Of a stretch of DNA of 64,000 bases, positions 26,996 to 36,865 are shown one piece after another. Location: positions 4,965 through 68,964 of the forward strand of contig DASYSE010000102.1 in the NCBI GenBank assembly GCA_036003705.1. Reading direction: 5' to 3'. The position numbers and the translations under genes are program-made. The notes under the pieces were generated by a model that had not been told where the DNA came from, did no database searches, and saw only the letters and a program-made list of their open reading frames with translations. The stretch is from Actinomycetes bacterium. Lineage in GTDB: Bacteria; Actinomycetota; CALGFH01. Each line of letters opens with the position of its first letter. Position 1 is the first letter of the stretch.

Positions 26996-27519
26996 GCGGC
27001 GCTCCACGAGCCAGGCGTGTGCTGGCCGTGTACGGCACCGCCGTTGCCGTGCTCGCGGTGGACCAGCTCATCAAGCACCTGGTGGTCAGCAACCTGGCCG
27101 GCCGCCCGCCGGTCGGCGTGATCGGCACCTTCGTCGAGCTGCGCTACACCACCAACTCCGGCGGCGCCTTCTCGCTGCTCACCGGCGCCCCGCTGTTCTT
27201 CGGAGTGATGGCCATCGTGATCATCGGCGGGATCGTCTACGCCTCCCGCCGCACCCAGCCGCTGTCGATGCTGATGGTCCTCGGGCTGATCCTGGGCGGG
27301 GCGCTCGGCAACCTGGCCGACCGGCTGTTCCGGGGCGATGGCCTGCTCCGCGGCGAGGTGGTCGACTTCGTCAAGGTCGGCATCTGGCCGGTGTTCAACC
27401 TCGCCGACTCCTGCATCGTGGTCGGCGGCCTGCTCCTGGCCATCTTCCTCGGCCGTGCCGAACGCCAGCACGACCAGACCCCGGTCGACACCTCCCCCCG
27501 CCCGCTCGACCCCCCGTGA
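26992..27519 (+). CDS. lspA: Lipoprotein signal peptidase (signal peptidase II)
   Basis: Four TM segments and LspA motifs (FVELRYTTNSGGAFSLL, LGNLADRL, VVDFV, FNLADSCIVVG). The GTG at 26992 overlaps the upstream stop (GTGA). The track ORF 26251..27519 is a frame fusion. Confidence 0.85.
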   Translation: MSGAPRARRVLAVYGTAVAVLAVDQLIKHLVVSNLAGRPPVGVIGTFVELRYTTNSGGAFSLLTGAPLFFGVMAIVIIGGIVYASRRTQPLSMLMVLGLILGGALGNLADRLFRGDGLLRGEVVDFVKVGIWPVFNLADSCIVVGGLLLAIFLGRAERQHDQTPVDTSPRPLDPP

Positions 27520-28466
27520 GCTCACCACCCACCCCGGACGCCGGCGAGGCGGTGGCCGGGACGGAGGTGGCCGGGCGGCGGTTGGACGAGGTGGTGGCCG
27601 AGCTGGCAGGGGTGTCGCGGGCGCGGGCGGCCCGCTGGGCCGAGGAGGGGCTGGTGGAGGTGGACGCTCGGCCCCGCCCCAAGTCGTACCGGCTGCGGGG
27701 AGGCGAGCGGCTGGCCTGGGCCCCGCCGACGGCCCCGCCACCCGGCGGCCCGGTCCCCGAGGACCTGCCGCTGGCCGTCCGCTACGAGGACGACCGGCTG
27801 CTGGTGGTGGCCAAGCCGGCCGGCCTGGTCGTCCACCCCGGCCCCGGGCACCCGACCGGCACCCTGGTCAACGCCCTGCTCGGCCGCGTGGGGACCCGCC
27901 TGCCGGCCGGCGGCACCGCCGACCGCCCAGGGATCGTCCATCGCCTGGACAAGGACACCTCCGGCCTGCTGCTGGTGGCCAAGGACGACGGCGCCCACCT
28001 GGCCCTGTCCCGCGACCTGGCCGCCCACCGGGTGGAGCGCCGCTATCTGGCCCTCGTCCAGGGACGCCTGCCCACCGAGACCGGCACCGTCGACGCGCCC
28101 GTCGGCCGCCACCCCCGCGACCGCAAGCGCATGGCCGTGGTCGCCAAGGGCGGCCGCCGCGCGGTCACCCACTGGCGGGTGCTGGAGACCTTCCCGGCCG
28201 TCCAGCTGGCCGAGGCGAGCCTGGAGACCGGCCGCACCCACCAGGTCCGGGTCCATCTGGCCTCCCTGCGCCACCCCCTGGTCGGCGACCGCACCTACGG
28301 CGCCGATCCCGTCCTGGCCGCCCGGCTGGGCGTCGCCCGCCCCTTCCTCCACGCCTGGCGCCTCGGCTTCCGCCACCCCACCGACGGCCACCAGGTCGAG
28401 CTCACCGACCCCCTCCCCGACGACCTCCAGCCGGTCCTGGACCGGCTCCGCGGCCCGACCGGCTAG
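27516..28466 (+). CDS. rluD: RluA-family 23S rRNA pseudouridine synthase (RluD-like), with an S4 domain
   Basis: An S4 RNA-binding N-domain, then HRLDKDTSGLLLVAKD (catalytic Asp motif) and HQVRVHLASLRHPLVGDRTYG. The GTG overlaps the lspA stop. Confidence 0.85.
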   Translation: MSSPPTPDAGEAVAGTEVAGRRLDEVVAELAGVSRARAARWAEEGLVEVDARPRPKSYRLRGGERLAWAPPTAPPPGGPVPEDLPLAVRYEDDRLLVVAKPAGLVVHPGPGHPTGTLVNALLGRVGTRLPAGGTADRPGIVHRLDKDTSGLLLVAKDDGAHLALSRDLAAHRVERRYLALVQGRLPTETGTVDAPVGRHPRDRKRMAVVAKGGRRAVTHWRVLETFPAVQLAEASLETGRTHQVRVHLASLRHPLVGDRTYGADPVLAARLGVARPFLHAWRLGFRHPTDGHQVELTDPLPDDLQPVLDRLRGPTG

Positions 28467-28681
28467 CAGGATCGGGGGCTCCCCGGCCACAAGCGCCTGA
28501 ACTGGCGATTCCCTCTGAAACCGTTGTGCCGTAACGATTTCGGACTTGCGGAGGTCGTTGCCTCCGACCCCGGTGGGGTGTAGGCTCCGACCGGAATTAC
28601 AGCCGTGTCATTTGTCCACAGGCTGTGGGAAACTCCGGTCCAGCGGGGTCAGAACCAAGCGGTAGGAGAGCAGCAGCAGTC

Positions 28682-31600
28682 ATGCCGGGCAGCTTCGCGC
28701 ACCTCCACGTGCACACCGAGTACTCGATGCTCGACGGGGCCGCCCGGGTCGACGACCTGTTCGCCGAGGCGGCCGGCATGGGCATGCCGGCGCTGGCCAT
28801 GACCGACCACGGCCAGCTGTTCGGGGCCGTCGACTTCTACCTCGCCGGCCAGAAGCACGGCGTCAAGCCCATCATCGGCATCGAGGCGTACCTGGCTCCC
28901 GGGTCCCGGTTCGAGAAGCAACGCCGCGACACCGCCGAGCCCTACAGCCACCTGACCCTGCTGGCCGAGAACCAGACCGGCTACGCCAACCTGCTGCGGC
29001 TGGTGTCGGCCGCCTCCCTCGAGGGCCACTTCTACAAGCCCCGCATGGACCGGGAGCTGTTCGAGCGCTACCACGATGGCCTGATCGCCACCTCCGGGTG
29101 CCTGGGCTCCGAGGTCAACCAGCGCCTGCTCAAGGGCGACCGGAAGGGGGCGGCCGCGACCCTTGCCGAGTTCCGCGACCTGTTCGGGGCCGGCAGCTAC
29201 TATGTCGAGCTGCACGACCACGGCCTGCCGGAGCAGCGCCGGGTCAACCCCGGCCTGATCGCGCTGGCTCGCGACCTCGACCTGCCGCTGCTGGCCGCCA
29301 ACGACCTGCACTACACCCGCAGGTCCGACGCCGCCCCCCACGAGGTGCTGCTCTGCATCCAGACCGGGGCGGTGCTGGCCGACCCCAAGCGGTTCAAGTT
29401 CGAGACCGAGGAGTTCTACCTCAAGTCCCCGGCCGAGATGCGCGCCCTGTTCGCCGACCATCCCGAGGCCTGCGACCACACCCTGGAGGTGGCCGAGCGC
29501 TGCAACGTGCAGCTCCGCTTCGGCGAGAACCTCCTGCCCCACTTCGACGTGCCGTCGGGCCACACCCTGGAGTCGTGGCTGCGGGCCGAGGTCGAGCGGG
29601 GCGCGGCCGAGCGCTACGGCGACTCGCCGGCGCCTGCGGTCCGCGACCGCCTCGACTACGAGCTGCGGGTCATCTCCGAGCTTGGCTTCGCCGGCTACTT
29701 CCTGATCGTGGCCGACCTGTGCCGCCACGCCCGCGAGCACGGCATCCGGGTCGGGCCGGGGCGGGGGAGCGCGGCCGGGTCATGCGTCTCCTACTGCCTG
29801 CGCGTCACCGACCTCGACCCGATCGCCTACGGGCTGATGTTCGAGCGGTTCCTCAATCCGGGCCGCAACGAGATGCCCGACATCGACCTGGACTTCGACG
29901 AGCGCCGGCGCGGCGACATGATCCGCTACGCCACCGAGAAGTACGGCGCCGACCACGTCGCCCAGATCGTCACCTTCTCCACCATCAAGGCCAAGCAGGC
30001 GATCCGCGACTCGGCCAGGGTGCTCGGGCTCCCCTACAAGCTCGGCGACGACCTGGCCAAGGCGATGCCGCCGCCGGTGCTCGGCAAGGAGCGCCCGCTC
30101 GGCGAGGCCTTCAAGCTCTCGGCCGAGCTGCGCGCGGCCCGCGACAACGACCCCGACGCCCGCCGGGTGCTGGACACCGCCGCCGGCCTGGAGGGTCTGC
30201 GGCGCCAGTGGGGGGTGCACGCGGCCGCGGTGGTGATCTCCCGCGACCCGCTGGTCGAGCAGGTCCCGATCATGAAGCGGGAAGCCGACGGGGCGATCAT
30301 CACCCAGTACGAGATGAACGGGGTGGCCAAGCTCGGGCTGCTCAAGATGGACTTCCTGGGCCTGCGCAACCTCACCGTGCTGGACGACACCCTGGTCCAT
30401 CTGCGGGCCAGGGGGGTCGACCTGGACCTTTCGGCGCTGCCCACCGACGACCAGGCGACCTTCAGGATGCTGCAGGCCGGCGACTCCGACGGCGTCTTCC
30501 AGATGGAGTCGGAGGGCATGCGGCGGCTGCTGCGCCAGCTCCGCCCCGACCGCTTCGAGGACATCGTCGCCCTGATCGCCCTGTACCGGCCTGGCCCCAT
30601 GGAGGAGATCCCCAACTACATCGCGGGCAAGCGCGACCCCAGCAAGGTCGCCCACCTGCACCCGCTGATGGAGGAGATCACCGCCGACACCAACGGGGTG
30701 CTGGTCTACCAGGAGCAGATCATCACCCTGCTGCAGAAGGTCGCCGGCTACACCGCCGGCGAGGCCGACCTGGTCCGCAAGGCGATCGGCAAGAAGATCG
30801 AGTCGCTGATGCGCAAGGAGGAGCCGCGCTTCCTGGCCGGCTGCCGCGAGAAGGGCCTGAGCCAGGACCAGGCCCAGACTCTGTGGCGGCTGATCCAGCC
30901 GTTCGCCGGCTACTCCTTCAACCGCGCCCACGCCGCCGGCTACGGCCTGGTCGCCTGGCAGACCGCCTACCTCAAGGCCCACCACCCGATCGAGTACATG
31001 GCGGCCCTGCTCACCAGCGTCAAGGACGACAAGGACGCCCGCCCCAAGTACCTCGGCAGCTGCCGGCGGATGGCCATCACCGTGCTGCCCCCCGACGTCA
31101 ACGAGTCGGACTCGGACTTCACCCCAGCCCTCCGGGGGCCCAGCGGGAACGGCGCCCCGGAGCGGCAGTCCAGCGGCGAGCGGGCAATCCGCTATGGCCT
31201 CAGCGCGGTGCGCAACGTCGGTGAGCAGGTGGTCGAGGCCATCATCGCGGCCAGGCGGGAGAAGGGCCGGTTCGTCGATTTCTTCGACTTCTGTGACAAG
31301 GTCGACATCGCGGTGCTCAACAAGCGGGTGATCGAGTCGCTGATCAAGGCCGGCGCGTTCGACTCGCTCGGCCTGCCACGGCGCGGCCTGTTCGAGGTCC
31401 ACGAGGTCGCCGTCGACCGGGTCACGGTCCGCAAGCGGGCCGAGGCGGCCGGCCAGTTCTCCCTGTTCGGGGGCCTGGCCGACGGCGAGGAGGCGGTGGT
31501 CGAGCCGCTGCCGGCGGTCGGCCGCGAGGAGTGGGACAAGTCCCAGCGGCTGGCGTTCGAGAAGGAGATGCTCGGCCAGTATGTCTCCGACCACCCGCTG

Positions 31601-32161
31601 CTCGGCCTGGAGCACGTGCTCCAGGCGACCGCCGACACCCAGCTGTCGTCGCTCGCCGAACGGTCCGACGGCGCGGTGGTGACGGTTGCCGGCATCCTGG
31701 CCAAGCTGACCAGGAAGTTCACCAAGCGGGGCGAGATCTACATCGTCGCCGACCTCGAGGATCTCGACGGCGGGGCCGAGTGCATCTTCTTCCCCCAGGT
31801 CTACCAGCAGCATCAGGGCATCCTGGTGCAGGACGCGGTGGTCGTCGTCAAGGCAAGGGTCGACGGCCGCGACGAGACCCCCAAGCTGATCGCCCTTGAG
31901 GTCAAGCCCCCCAACCTGGCCGACCCAGGCACCGCCCCGGTGGTGCTGAACCTCGAGGCCCGCTCCTGCAACGACGGCGTCGTCACCCGCATCAAGCACA
32001 TCCTCGGCTCCCACCGCGGCAAGTCGCCGGTCCACCTCCAGATCCGCGGCGCCCGCTCCACCATGGTCGTCCGCCTCGGCGACGAGTTCCGGGTCGACCC
32101 CCGCAACGGCCTCTACGCCGAGATCAAGGCCGAGCTGGGCCCCGACGCGCTCCTTACCTGA
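28682..32161 (+). CDS. dnaE: DNA polymerase III alpha subunit (DnaE1)
   Basis: PHP domain (FAHLHVHTEYSMLDGA), a polymerase core, and an OB-fold. ATG at 28682 after the GGTAGGAGAG RBS. Confidence 0.95.
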   Translation: MPGSFAHLHVHTEYSMLDGAARVDDLFAEAAGMGMPALAMTDHGQLFGAVDFYLAGQKHGVKPIIGIEAYLAPGSRFEKQRRDTAEPYSHLTLLAENQTGYANLLRLVSAASLEGHFYKPRMDRELFERYHDGLIATSGCLGSEVNQRLLKGDRKGAAATLAEFRDLFGAGSYYVELHDHGLPEQRRVNPGLIALARDLDLPLLAANDLHYTRRSDAAPHEVLLCIQTGAVLADPKRFKFETEEFYLKSPAEMRALFADHPEACDHTLEVAERCNVQLRFGENLLPHFDVPSGHTLESWLRAEVERGAAERYGDSPAPAVRDRLDYELRVISELGFAGYFLIVADLCRHAREHGIRVGPGRGSAAGSCVSYCLRVTDLDPIAYGLMFERFLNPGRNEMPDIDLDFDERRRGDMIRYATEKYGADHVAQIVTFSTIKAKQAIRDSARVLGLPYKLGDDLAKAMPPPVLGKERPLGEAFKLSAELRAARDNDPDARRVLDTAAGLEGLRRQWGVHAAAVVISRDPLVEQVPIMKREADGAIITQYEMNGVAKLGLLKMDFLGLRNLTVLDDTLVHLRARGVDLDLSALPTDDQATFRMLQAGDSDGVFQMESEGMRRLLRQLRPDRFEDIVALIALYRPGPMEEIPNYIAGKRDPSKVAHLHPLMEEITADTNGVLVYQEQIITLLQKVAGYTAGEADLVRKAIGKKIESLMRKEEPRFLAGCREKGLSQDQAQTLWRLIQPFAGYSFNRAHAAGYGLVAWQTAYLKAHHPIEYMAALLTSVKDDKDARPKYLGSCRRMAITVLPPDVNESDSDFTPALRGPSGNGAPERQSSGERAIRYGLSAVRNVGEQVVEAIIAARREKGRFVDFFDFCDKVDIAVLNKRVIESLIKAGAFDSLGLPRRGLFEVHEVAVDRVTVRKRAEAAGQFSLFGGLADGEEAVVEPLPAVGREEWDKSQRLAFEKEMLGQYVSDHPLLGLEHVLQATADTQLSSLAERSDGAVVTVAGILAKLTRKFTKRGEIYIVADLEDLDGGAECIFFPQVYQQHQGILVQDAVVVVKARVDGRDETPKLIALEVKPPNLADPGTAPVVLNLEARSCNDGVVTRIKHILGSHRGKSPVHLQIRGARSTMVVRLGDEFRVDPRNGLYAEIKAELGPDALLT

Positions 32162-32273
32162 GACTGTTCACCGCGGCCATGGCACAGGCGCTCCCGAGGC
32201 GGAACCCTGCTGTCGGCCGCGATCGGCATCGGCGCGTCCCGAGCGACCGTGTGCCGTTGCGGCCGCCCCATGC

Positions 32274-32915
32274 TCAGTTGAGGCTGAAGGGCGTGGTCAT
32301 GGGGGCCGGGCCGGCGACCCGCAGGTGCTCGAGCAGGACGAGCTCGCGGCGGAGGAGGGTCGCCTCGGCGGCCAGCCGCTCGGCGGCCGACGGGATCGTC
32401 AGCAGCCGCTGCTTGTCGGCCAGGTCGACCTGGAGGCCGGCGGCGACCAGGTACGAGGCGGCGACCGGGTCGTCCGGGATGTCGATGGACTCGACCTGCT
32501 CGCCGGCCATGCGCATCAGGGCGGCGACGTAGCGGGTGAACAGCCGGCCGGCCTTGAGGGTGCGTTGCTCGGCCGCCTCCCCGGTCGTCTCGGGCAGGGT
32601 TCGCACCTCGGCGACGATGTACGGGGCGGCCTGCACGACCCCGTCGATCTCGAACCGGTCCTGGCCGCGGGCGACGACGTCGAGGCGGCCGTCGGCGTGG
32701 CGCTGGACCTTGCCGACCTCGGCGACGCAGCCGACCGGGTGGTAGGTGGCGGTGGTGTCGACCTCGACGCCCCTGACGATCGCGACCACCCCGAAGCGTC
32801 GCTCGCCGTCCAGGATCCGCGCGAACATCTCGCGGTAGCGGTCCTCGAACACGTGCAACGGGATCGGCAGGCCCGGGTAGAGCACGGTCTGCAAGGGGAA
32901 CAGCGGCAGCTCCAC
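32274..32915 (-). CDS. Stand-alone LON N-terminal (substrate-binding) domain protein
   Basis: ELPLFPLQTVLYPGLPIPLHVFEDRYREMF is characteristic of the Lon N-domain. GTG start with GACGAGG RBS. Confidence 0.7.
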   Translation of the reverse strand: MELPLFPLQTVLYPGLPIPLHVFEDRYREMFARILDGERRFGVVAIVRGVEVDTTATYHPVGCVAEVGKVQRHADGRLDVVARGQDRFEIDGVVQAAPYIVAEVRTLPETTGEAAEQRTLKAGRLFTRYVAALMRMAGEQVESIDIPDDPVAASYLVAAGLQVDLADKQRLLTIPSAAERLAAEATLLRRELVLLEHLRVAGPAPMTTPFSLN

Positions 32916-32958
32916 GGCAACCTCGTCGGTCTGGTCAGGGCGGCTCCCATGGTAGGCC

Positions 32959-33102
32959 CAGGCGTCCCGGCTCGCGTCCGTGCGGCCGCCGCGCGGGAGG
33001 TGCCGCGGATCACCCGCCTGGGGGTGCGGACCGCCGGGCTCGCGTCCGTGCGGCCGCCGCGTGGGAGGGGCCGCGGATCAGCCGCCTGGGGGTGCTGACC
33101 GC
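32959..33102 (+). repeat. 68-bp tandem repeat (~2.1 copies, ~93% identical) in the divergent intergenic region between the Lon-N gene and hisD
   Basis: GGCTCGCGTCCGTGCGGCCGCCGCG(C/T)GGGAGG(T/G)GCCGCGGATCA(C/G)CCGCCTGGGGGTGC(G/T)GACCGCC occurs at 32959-33026 and 33027-33094, with a partial third start at 33095. Confidence 0.75.
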
Positions 33103-33250
33103 CCGGCTCGCCGGACGGCACGGTGCGCAGGCGTCATCCCAGCAGCTTCGCCGTGGCGGTGGGCGCGCCGGTCGCCGGCCGCCAGGGGGCTGCGGTAGGG
33201 TGAATCCCGACCCCGACGTCCGTCCTCTGCTGTCCATGGAGTGAGTTGCC

Positions 33251-34564
33251 GTGCTGCCCGTCGTCGACCTGCGAGGCTCGGACCGCGACCCGGCGGAGCT
33301 GCTGCCGCGCGCCCCGGCGGGCGCCGTGGAGGCGGCCGTGGCCGGCGTCCGGGAGCTGGTCGCCGCCGTCGCCGCCCGCGGTGACGCCGCCGTCGCCGAG
33401 GCGGCCAGCCGCTTCGACGGGGTCGACGCCCCCCCGGTCGCCTGGCGGGCGACCCCCGAGGAGCTGTCCGCCGCCAAGCGCGCCCTCCACCCGGCCCTGC
33501 GCGCCGCCCTGCTCGACGCGGCCGAGCGGGCCCGCGCCTTCCACCAGGCGCAACGCCCGGCCGACCTGACCTGGTCGGACCGGCCAGGGGTCCGCCTGGT
33601 CCAGCGGTTCGTGCCCCTGCGCCGGGCCGGCGTGTACGCGCCTGGCGGCCTCGCCGCCTACCCGTCCAGCGTGGTCATGAACGTCGTCCCCGCGCAGGCG
33701 GCCGGGGTCGAGCAGGTCGCCCTGGCCACCCCGCCCGGTCGTGGCGGCCGCGGCCACCCGGCCATCCTCGGGGCCGCGGCCCTGCTCGGCGTCGGCGAGG
33801 TGTGGCTGCTGGGCGGAGCCCAGGCGGTGGCCGCGCTGGCCTGCGGCACCGAGACGGTCCCGGCGGTCGACTCGGTGACCGGGCCGGGCAGGCTCCACGT
33901 GGCGCTGGCCAAGCGGGAGGTGGCCGGCCGCGTCCGAACCGACGGCTTCGCCGGCCCGACCGAGGTCGCGGTGCTCGCCGACGCCACCGCCGACCCGCTG
34001 CTGGTCGCGGTCGACCTGGTCGCCCAGGCCGAGCACGACCCGCTCGCCGCCTGCCTGCTGGTCACCGACGACGCCGACCTGTGGAAGGCGGTGGAGCCGC
34101 TGCTCGCCGGGGAGGTGGCGGCGACCACCCACCGCGACCGGGTCGAGGCCGCCTTCGCCGGCCAGTCGGCGGTGGTGCTCTGCGACGACCGGGCGGCCAT
34201 GCTCCGGGTGGCCGAAGCATTCGCCCCCGAGCACCTGGAGCTGCTGGTCAGCGAGCCCGGTGAGCTGGCCATCCGGGTCCGCAATGCCGGGGCGGTGTTC
34301 GTGGGGCCGTGGACGCCGGTCGCCCTCGGCGACTACGCGGCCGGGACCAACCACGTGCTCCCGACCGCCGGGACGGCCCGGTTCGCCTCCGGGCTGTCGA
34401 CCTTCGACTTCCTCCGCACGGTCCAGGTGGCCGAGTTCGACCGGGAGGCGCTGGCCGCGGCCGCGCCGACCGTCTCCGCGCTCAGCCGGGCCGAGGGCCT
34501 GCCCGCCCACGGCCGCGCCGTCGCCGCCCGGCTCCCACGGGATGCGGCGGGGGAGGGCGCGTGA
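33251..34564 (+). CDS. hisD: Histidinol dehydrogenase
   Basis: HisD motifs (YAPGGLAAYPSSVVMNVVPAQAAGV, GPTEVAV, QAEHDP). GTG start with GGAG RBS. Confidence 0.9.
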   Translation: MLPVVDLRGSDRDPAELLPRAPAGAVEAAVAGVRELVAAVAARGDAAVAEAASRFDGVDAPPVAWRATPEELSAAKRALHPALRAALLDAAERARAFHQAQRPADLTWSDRPGVRLVQRFVPLRRAGVYAPGGLAAYPSSVVMNVVPAQAAGVEQVALATPPGRGGRGHPAILGAAALLGVGEVWLLGGAQAVAALACGTETVPAVDSVTGPGRLHVALAKREVAGRVRTDGFAGPTEVAVLADATADPLLVAVDLVAQAEHDPLAACLLVTDDADLWKAVEPLLAGEVAATTHRDRVEAAFAGQSAVVLCDDRAAMLRVAEAFAPEHLELLVSEPGELAIRVRNAGAVFVGPWTPVALGDYAAGTNHVLPTAGTARFASGLSTFDFLRTVQVAEFDREALAAAAPTVSALSRAEGLPAHGRAVAARLPRDAAGEGA

Positions 34565-35646
34565 GCGCCTCGGCGCCCGGGATGGCCGGGCGGGTCAGGG
34601 TCAGGGACGACCTGGCCGGGATGGTGCCGTACGGGGCGCCGCAGCTCGACGTGCCGGTCCGGCTCAACACCAACGAGACCCCCTACCCGGTGCCCGAGGC
34701 GGTCCTCGACGACCTGGCCGAGGCGGTCCGGCGCCTGGAGCTGCACCGCTACCCGGACCGGGAGGCGACCGAGCTGCGCGAGGCCCTGGCCCTGCACGCC
34801 GGCCACGGGTTCGAGGGCACCTGGGCGGCCAACGGGTCCAACGAGATCCTGCAGCAGCTGCTCCTCGCCTTCGCCGGCCCTGGCCGGTCGGCGCTGGTCG
34901 TCGAGCCGACCTACGCGATGCACTCGCTGCTGGCCAGGGCCACCGGCACCCGGCTGGCGACCAGGGTCCAGCCGCGCGACCAGCCGCTCGACCCGACCGC
35001 CGCCGCCGACCTGGTCGCCGAGGCGGCCGCCGACCTGACCTTCTGGTGCTCGCCCAACAACCCGACCGGCGAGGCGACCAGCCCCGACGTCCTCGCCGCC
35101 GTCTGCGCGGCCGCCCCCGGCCTGGTCGTGGTCGACGAGGCCTACGGCGAGTTCGGCACCTCGCACGCCGCCGGGCTGCTGTCCCGCGCGCCCAACCTGG
35201 TCGTCACCCGCACCTTCTCCAAGGCGTTCCGCATGGCCGGCGTGCGGCTCGGCTACCTGCTCGCCGACCCGGCGGTGGTCGACGGCGTCCGCCTGGTCCG
35301 CCTGCCCTACCACCTGTCCGCGCTCACCCAGGCGGTCGGGCTGCGGGCCCTGCACCACAAGGGCGCCCTGATGTCCCACATCGTCGCCATCGAACGGGAG
35401 CGGGAACGGGTGGCGGCCGCCCTGGTCCGCCTGCCCGGGGCCGGGGTCCTGCCCAGCGACGCCAACTTCCTCTGCTTCACCACCCCGCTCGACCCGCGGC
35501 GGGTGTGGCGCGGCCTGCTCGACCGCGGTGTCCTGATCCGCGACGTGTCCCACTACCCGACCCTCGAGCAGTATCTGCGGGTCACCATCGGCACCCCGGC
35601 CGAGGACGACGCCTTCCTGGCCGCGCTCACCGAGGAGCTCGCCTGA
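34561..35646 (+). CDS. hisC: Histidinol-phosphate aminotransferase
   Basis: Class-II aminotransferase, with a PLP-lysine region TFSKAFRMAGVRLGY. The GTG overlaps the hisD stop. Confidence 0.9.
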   Translation: MSASAPGMAGRVRVRDDLAGMVPYGAPQLDVPVRLNTNETPYPVPEAVLDDLAEAVRRLELHRYPDREATELREALALHAGHGFEGTWAANGSNEILQQLLLAFAGPGRSALVVEPTYAMHSLLARATGTRLATRVQPRDQPLDPTAAADLVAEAAADLTFWCSPNNPTGEATSPDVLAAVCAAAPGLVVVDEAYGEFGTSHAAGLLSRAPNLVVTRTFSKAFRMAGVRLGYLLADPAVVDGVRLVRLPYHLSALTQAVGLRALHHKGALMSHIVAIERERERVAAALVRLPGAGVLPSDANFLCFTTPLDPRRVWRGLLDRGVLIRDVSHYPTLEQYLRVTIGTPAEDDAFLAALTEELA

Positions 35647-36245
35647 TGGCCGGGCCGCGGACCGCCCGGGTCGAGCGGCGCACCGCCGAGGTCTCGGTCA
35701 CCGTCCAGCTCGACCTGGACGGCACCGGGGCCGGCGGCTCCGACACCGGGGTCCCGTTCCTGGACCACATGCTCGCCCAGCTGGGCAGGCACGCCCGCTT
35801 CGACCTCCGGGTCGACGCCAAGGGCGACCTGGAGATCGACGCCCACCACACCGTGGAGGACACCGGCATCGCCATCGGCCAGGCGCTGGCCGAGGCCCTC
35901 GGCGACAAGGCCGGCGTCCGCCGCTTCGGCGACGCGGTCGTGCCCCTCGACGAGGCCAGGGCGACGGCGGCGGTCGACCTGTCCGGCCGCCCGTACCTGG
36001 TCTGGGACGTCGAGGTCGACGCCGCCCCCGGGGAGCTGGGCAGCTTCGACCCCCGCCAGGCCCGCCACCTGCTGGAGGCCCTGGTCGCCAACGCCCGCTG
36101 CACCATCCACATCCGGCTCGAGGCCGGCGACCTGCCCCACCACGGGCTCGAGGCCTGCTTCAAGGCCCTGGCCCGCGCCCTTGGCGACGCCTGCGCCCCC
36201 GACCCCCGCGCCGGGGTCGGCAGCACCAAGGGGGTGTTGGGATGA
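35646..36245 (+). CDS. hisB: Imidazoleglycerol-phosphate dehydratase
   Basis: [17 protein letters not shown]...[14 protein letters not shown]...[15 protein letters not shown]. The ATG overlaps the hisC stop. Confidence 0.9.
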   Translation: MAGPRTARVERRTAEVSVTVQLDLDGTGAGGSDTGVPFLDHMLAQLGRHARFDLRVDAKGDLEIDAHHTVEDTGIAIGQALAEALGDKAGVRRFGDAVVPLDEARATAAVDLSGRPYLVWDVEVDAAPGELGSFDPRQARHLLEALVANARCTIHIRLEAGDLPHHGLEACFKALARALGDACAPDPRAGVGSTKGVLG

Positions 36246-36865
36246 GCCGCCGGCCACCGGTCGCGGTGCTGGACTACGGGGTCGGCAACCTCCACTCGGC
36301 GGCCAAGGCGCTCGACCGCGCCGGGGCCGACGTGCGGGTGGTGCCGACGGTGGCCGCGGCGGCCGGCGCGGCCGGGCTGGTCGTGCCAGGGGTCGGCGCC
36401 TACGGGGCCTGCCTGGACGGCCTGGGGAGCGCCGGCGGCGCGGCCGCGGTGGCCGGGTGGCTCGACGGCGGCCGGCCGCTGCTCGGCATCTGCGTCGGCA
36501 TGCAGCTGCTGTTCGAGGCCAGCGAGGAGGGCCCGGTCGCCGACGGCGTCGGCGTCCTCCCCGGCAAGATCAGGCGCCTGACCGGCCCGGTCAAGATCCC
36601 GCACATCGGCTGGGACGAGGTCGTCGTGCGACCGGGCAGCCGCCTGTTCGCCGGCCTGGGGGACGGGACCCGGTTCTACTTCGTCCACTCCTACGCCCCC
36701 GAACCGGACGGGGACGCGGTCGCCGCCGTCTGCGACTACGGTGGCCGCTTCGCCGCCGCCGTCGAGCACGGCAACCTGTTCGGCACCCAGTTCCATCCCG
36801 AGAAGTCTGGCCGGGGCGGCCTCGCCCTGCTGGCCAACTTCGTCGCCGAGGTCCGGTGGGCGTGA
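36242..36865 (+). CDS. hisH: Imidazole glycerol phosphate synthase, glutamine amidotransferase subunit
   Basis: Class-I GATase triad (GICVGMQLL, FHPEKS). Confidence 0.9.
   Translation: MSRRPPVAVLDYGVGNLHSAAKALDRAGADVRVVPTVAAAAGAAGLVVPGVGAYGACLDGLGSAGGAAAVAGWLDGGRPLLGICVGMQLLFEASEEGPVADGVGVLPGKIRRLTGPVKIPHIGWDEVVVRPGSRLFAGLGDGTRFYFVHSYAPEPDGDAVAAVCDYGGRFAAAVEHGNLFGTQFHPEKSGRGGLALLANFVAEVRWA

Noticed and set aside
26251-27519. 422-aa + strand ORF starting inside the ileS leader
   Set aside because: Frame fusion running through the T-box leader and across the dksA-like gene in another frame. Only the last 175 codons (from GTG 26992) are LspA.
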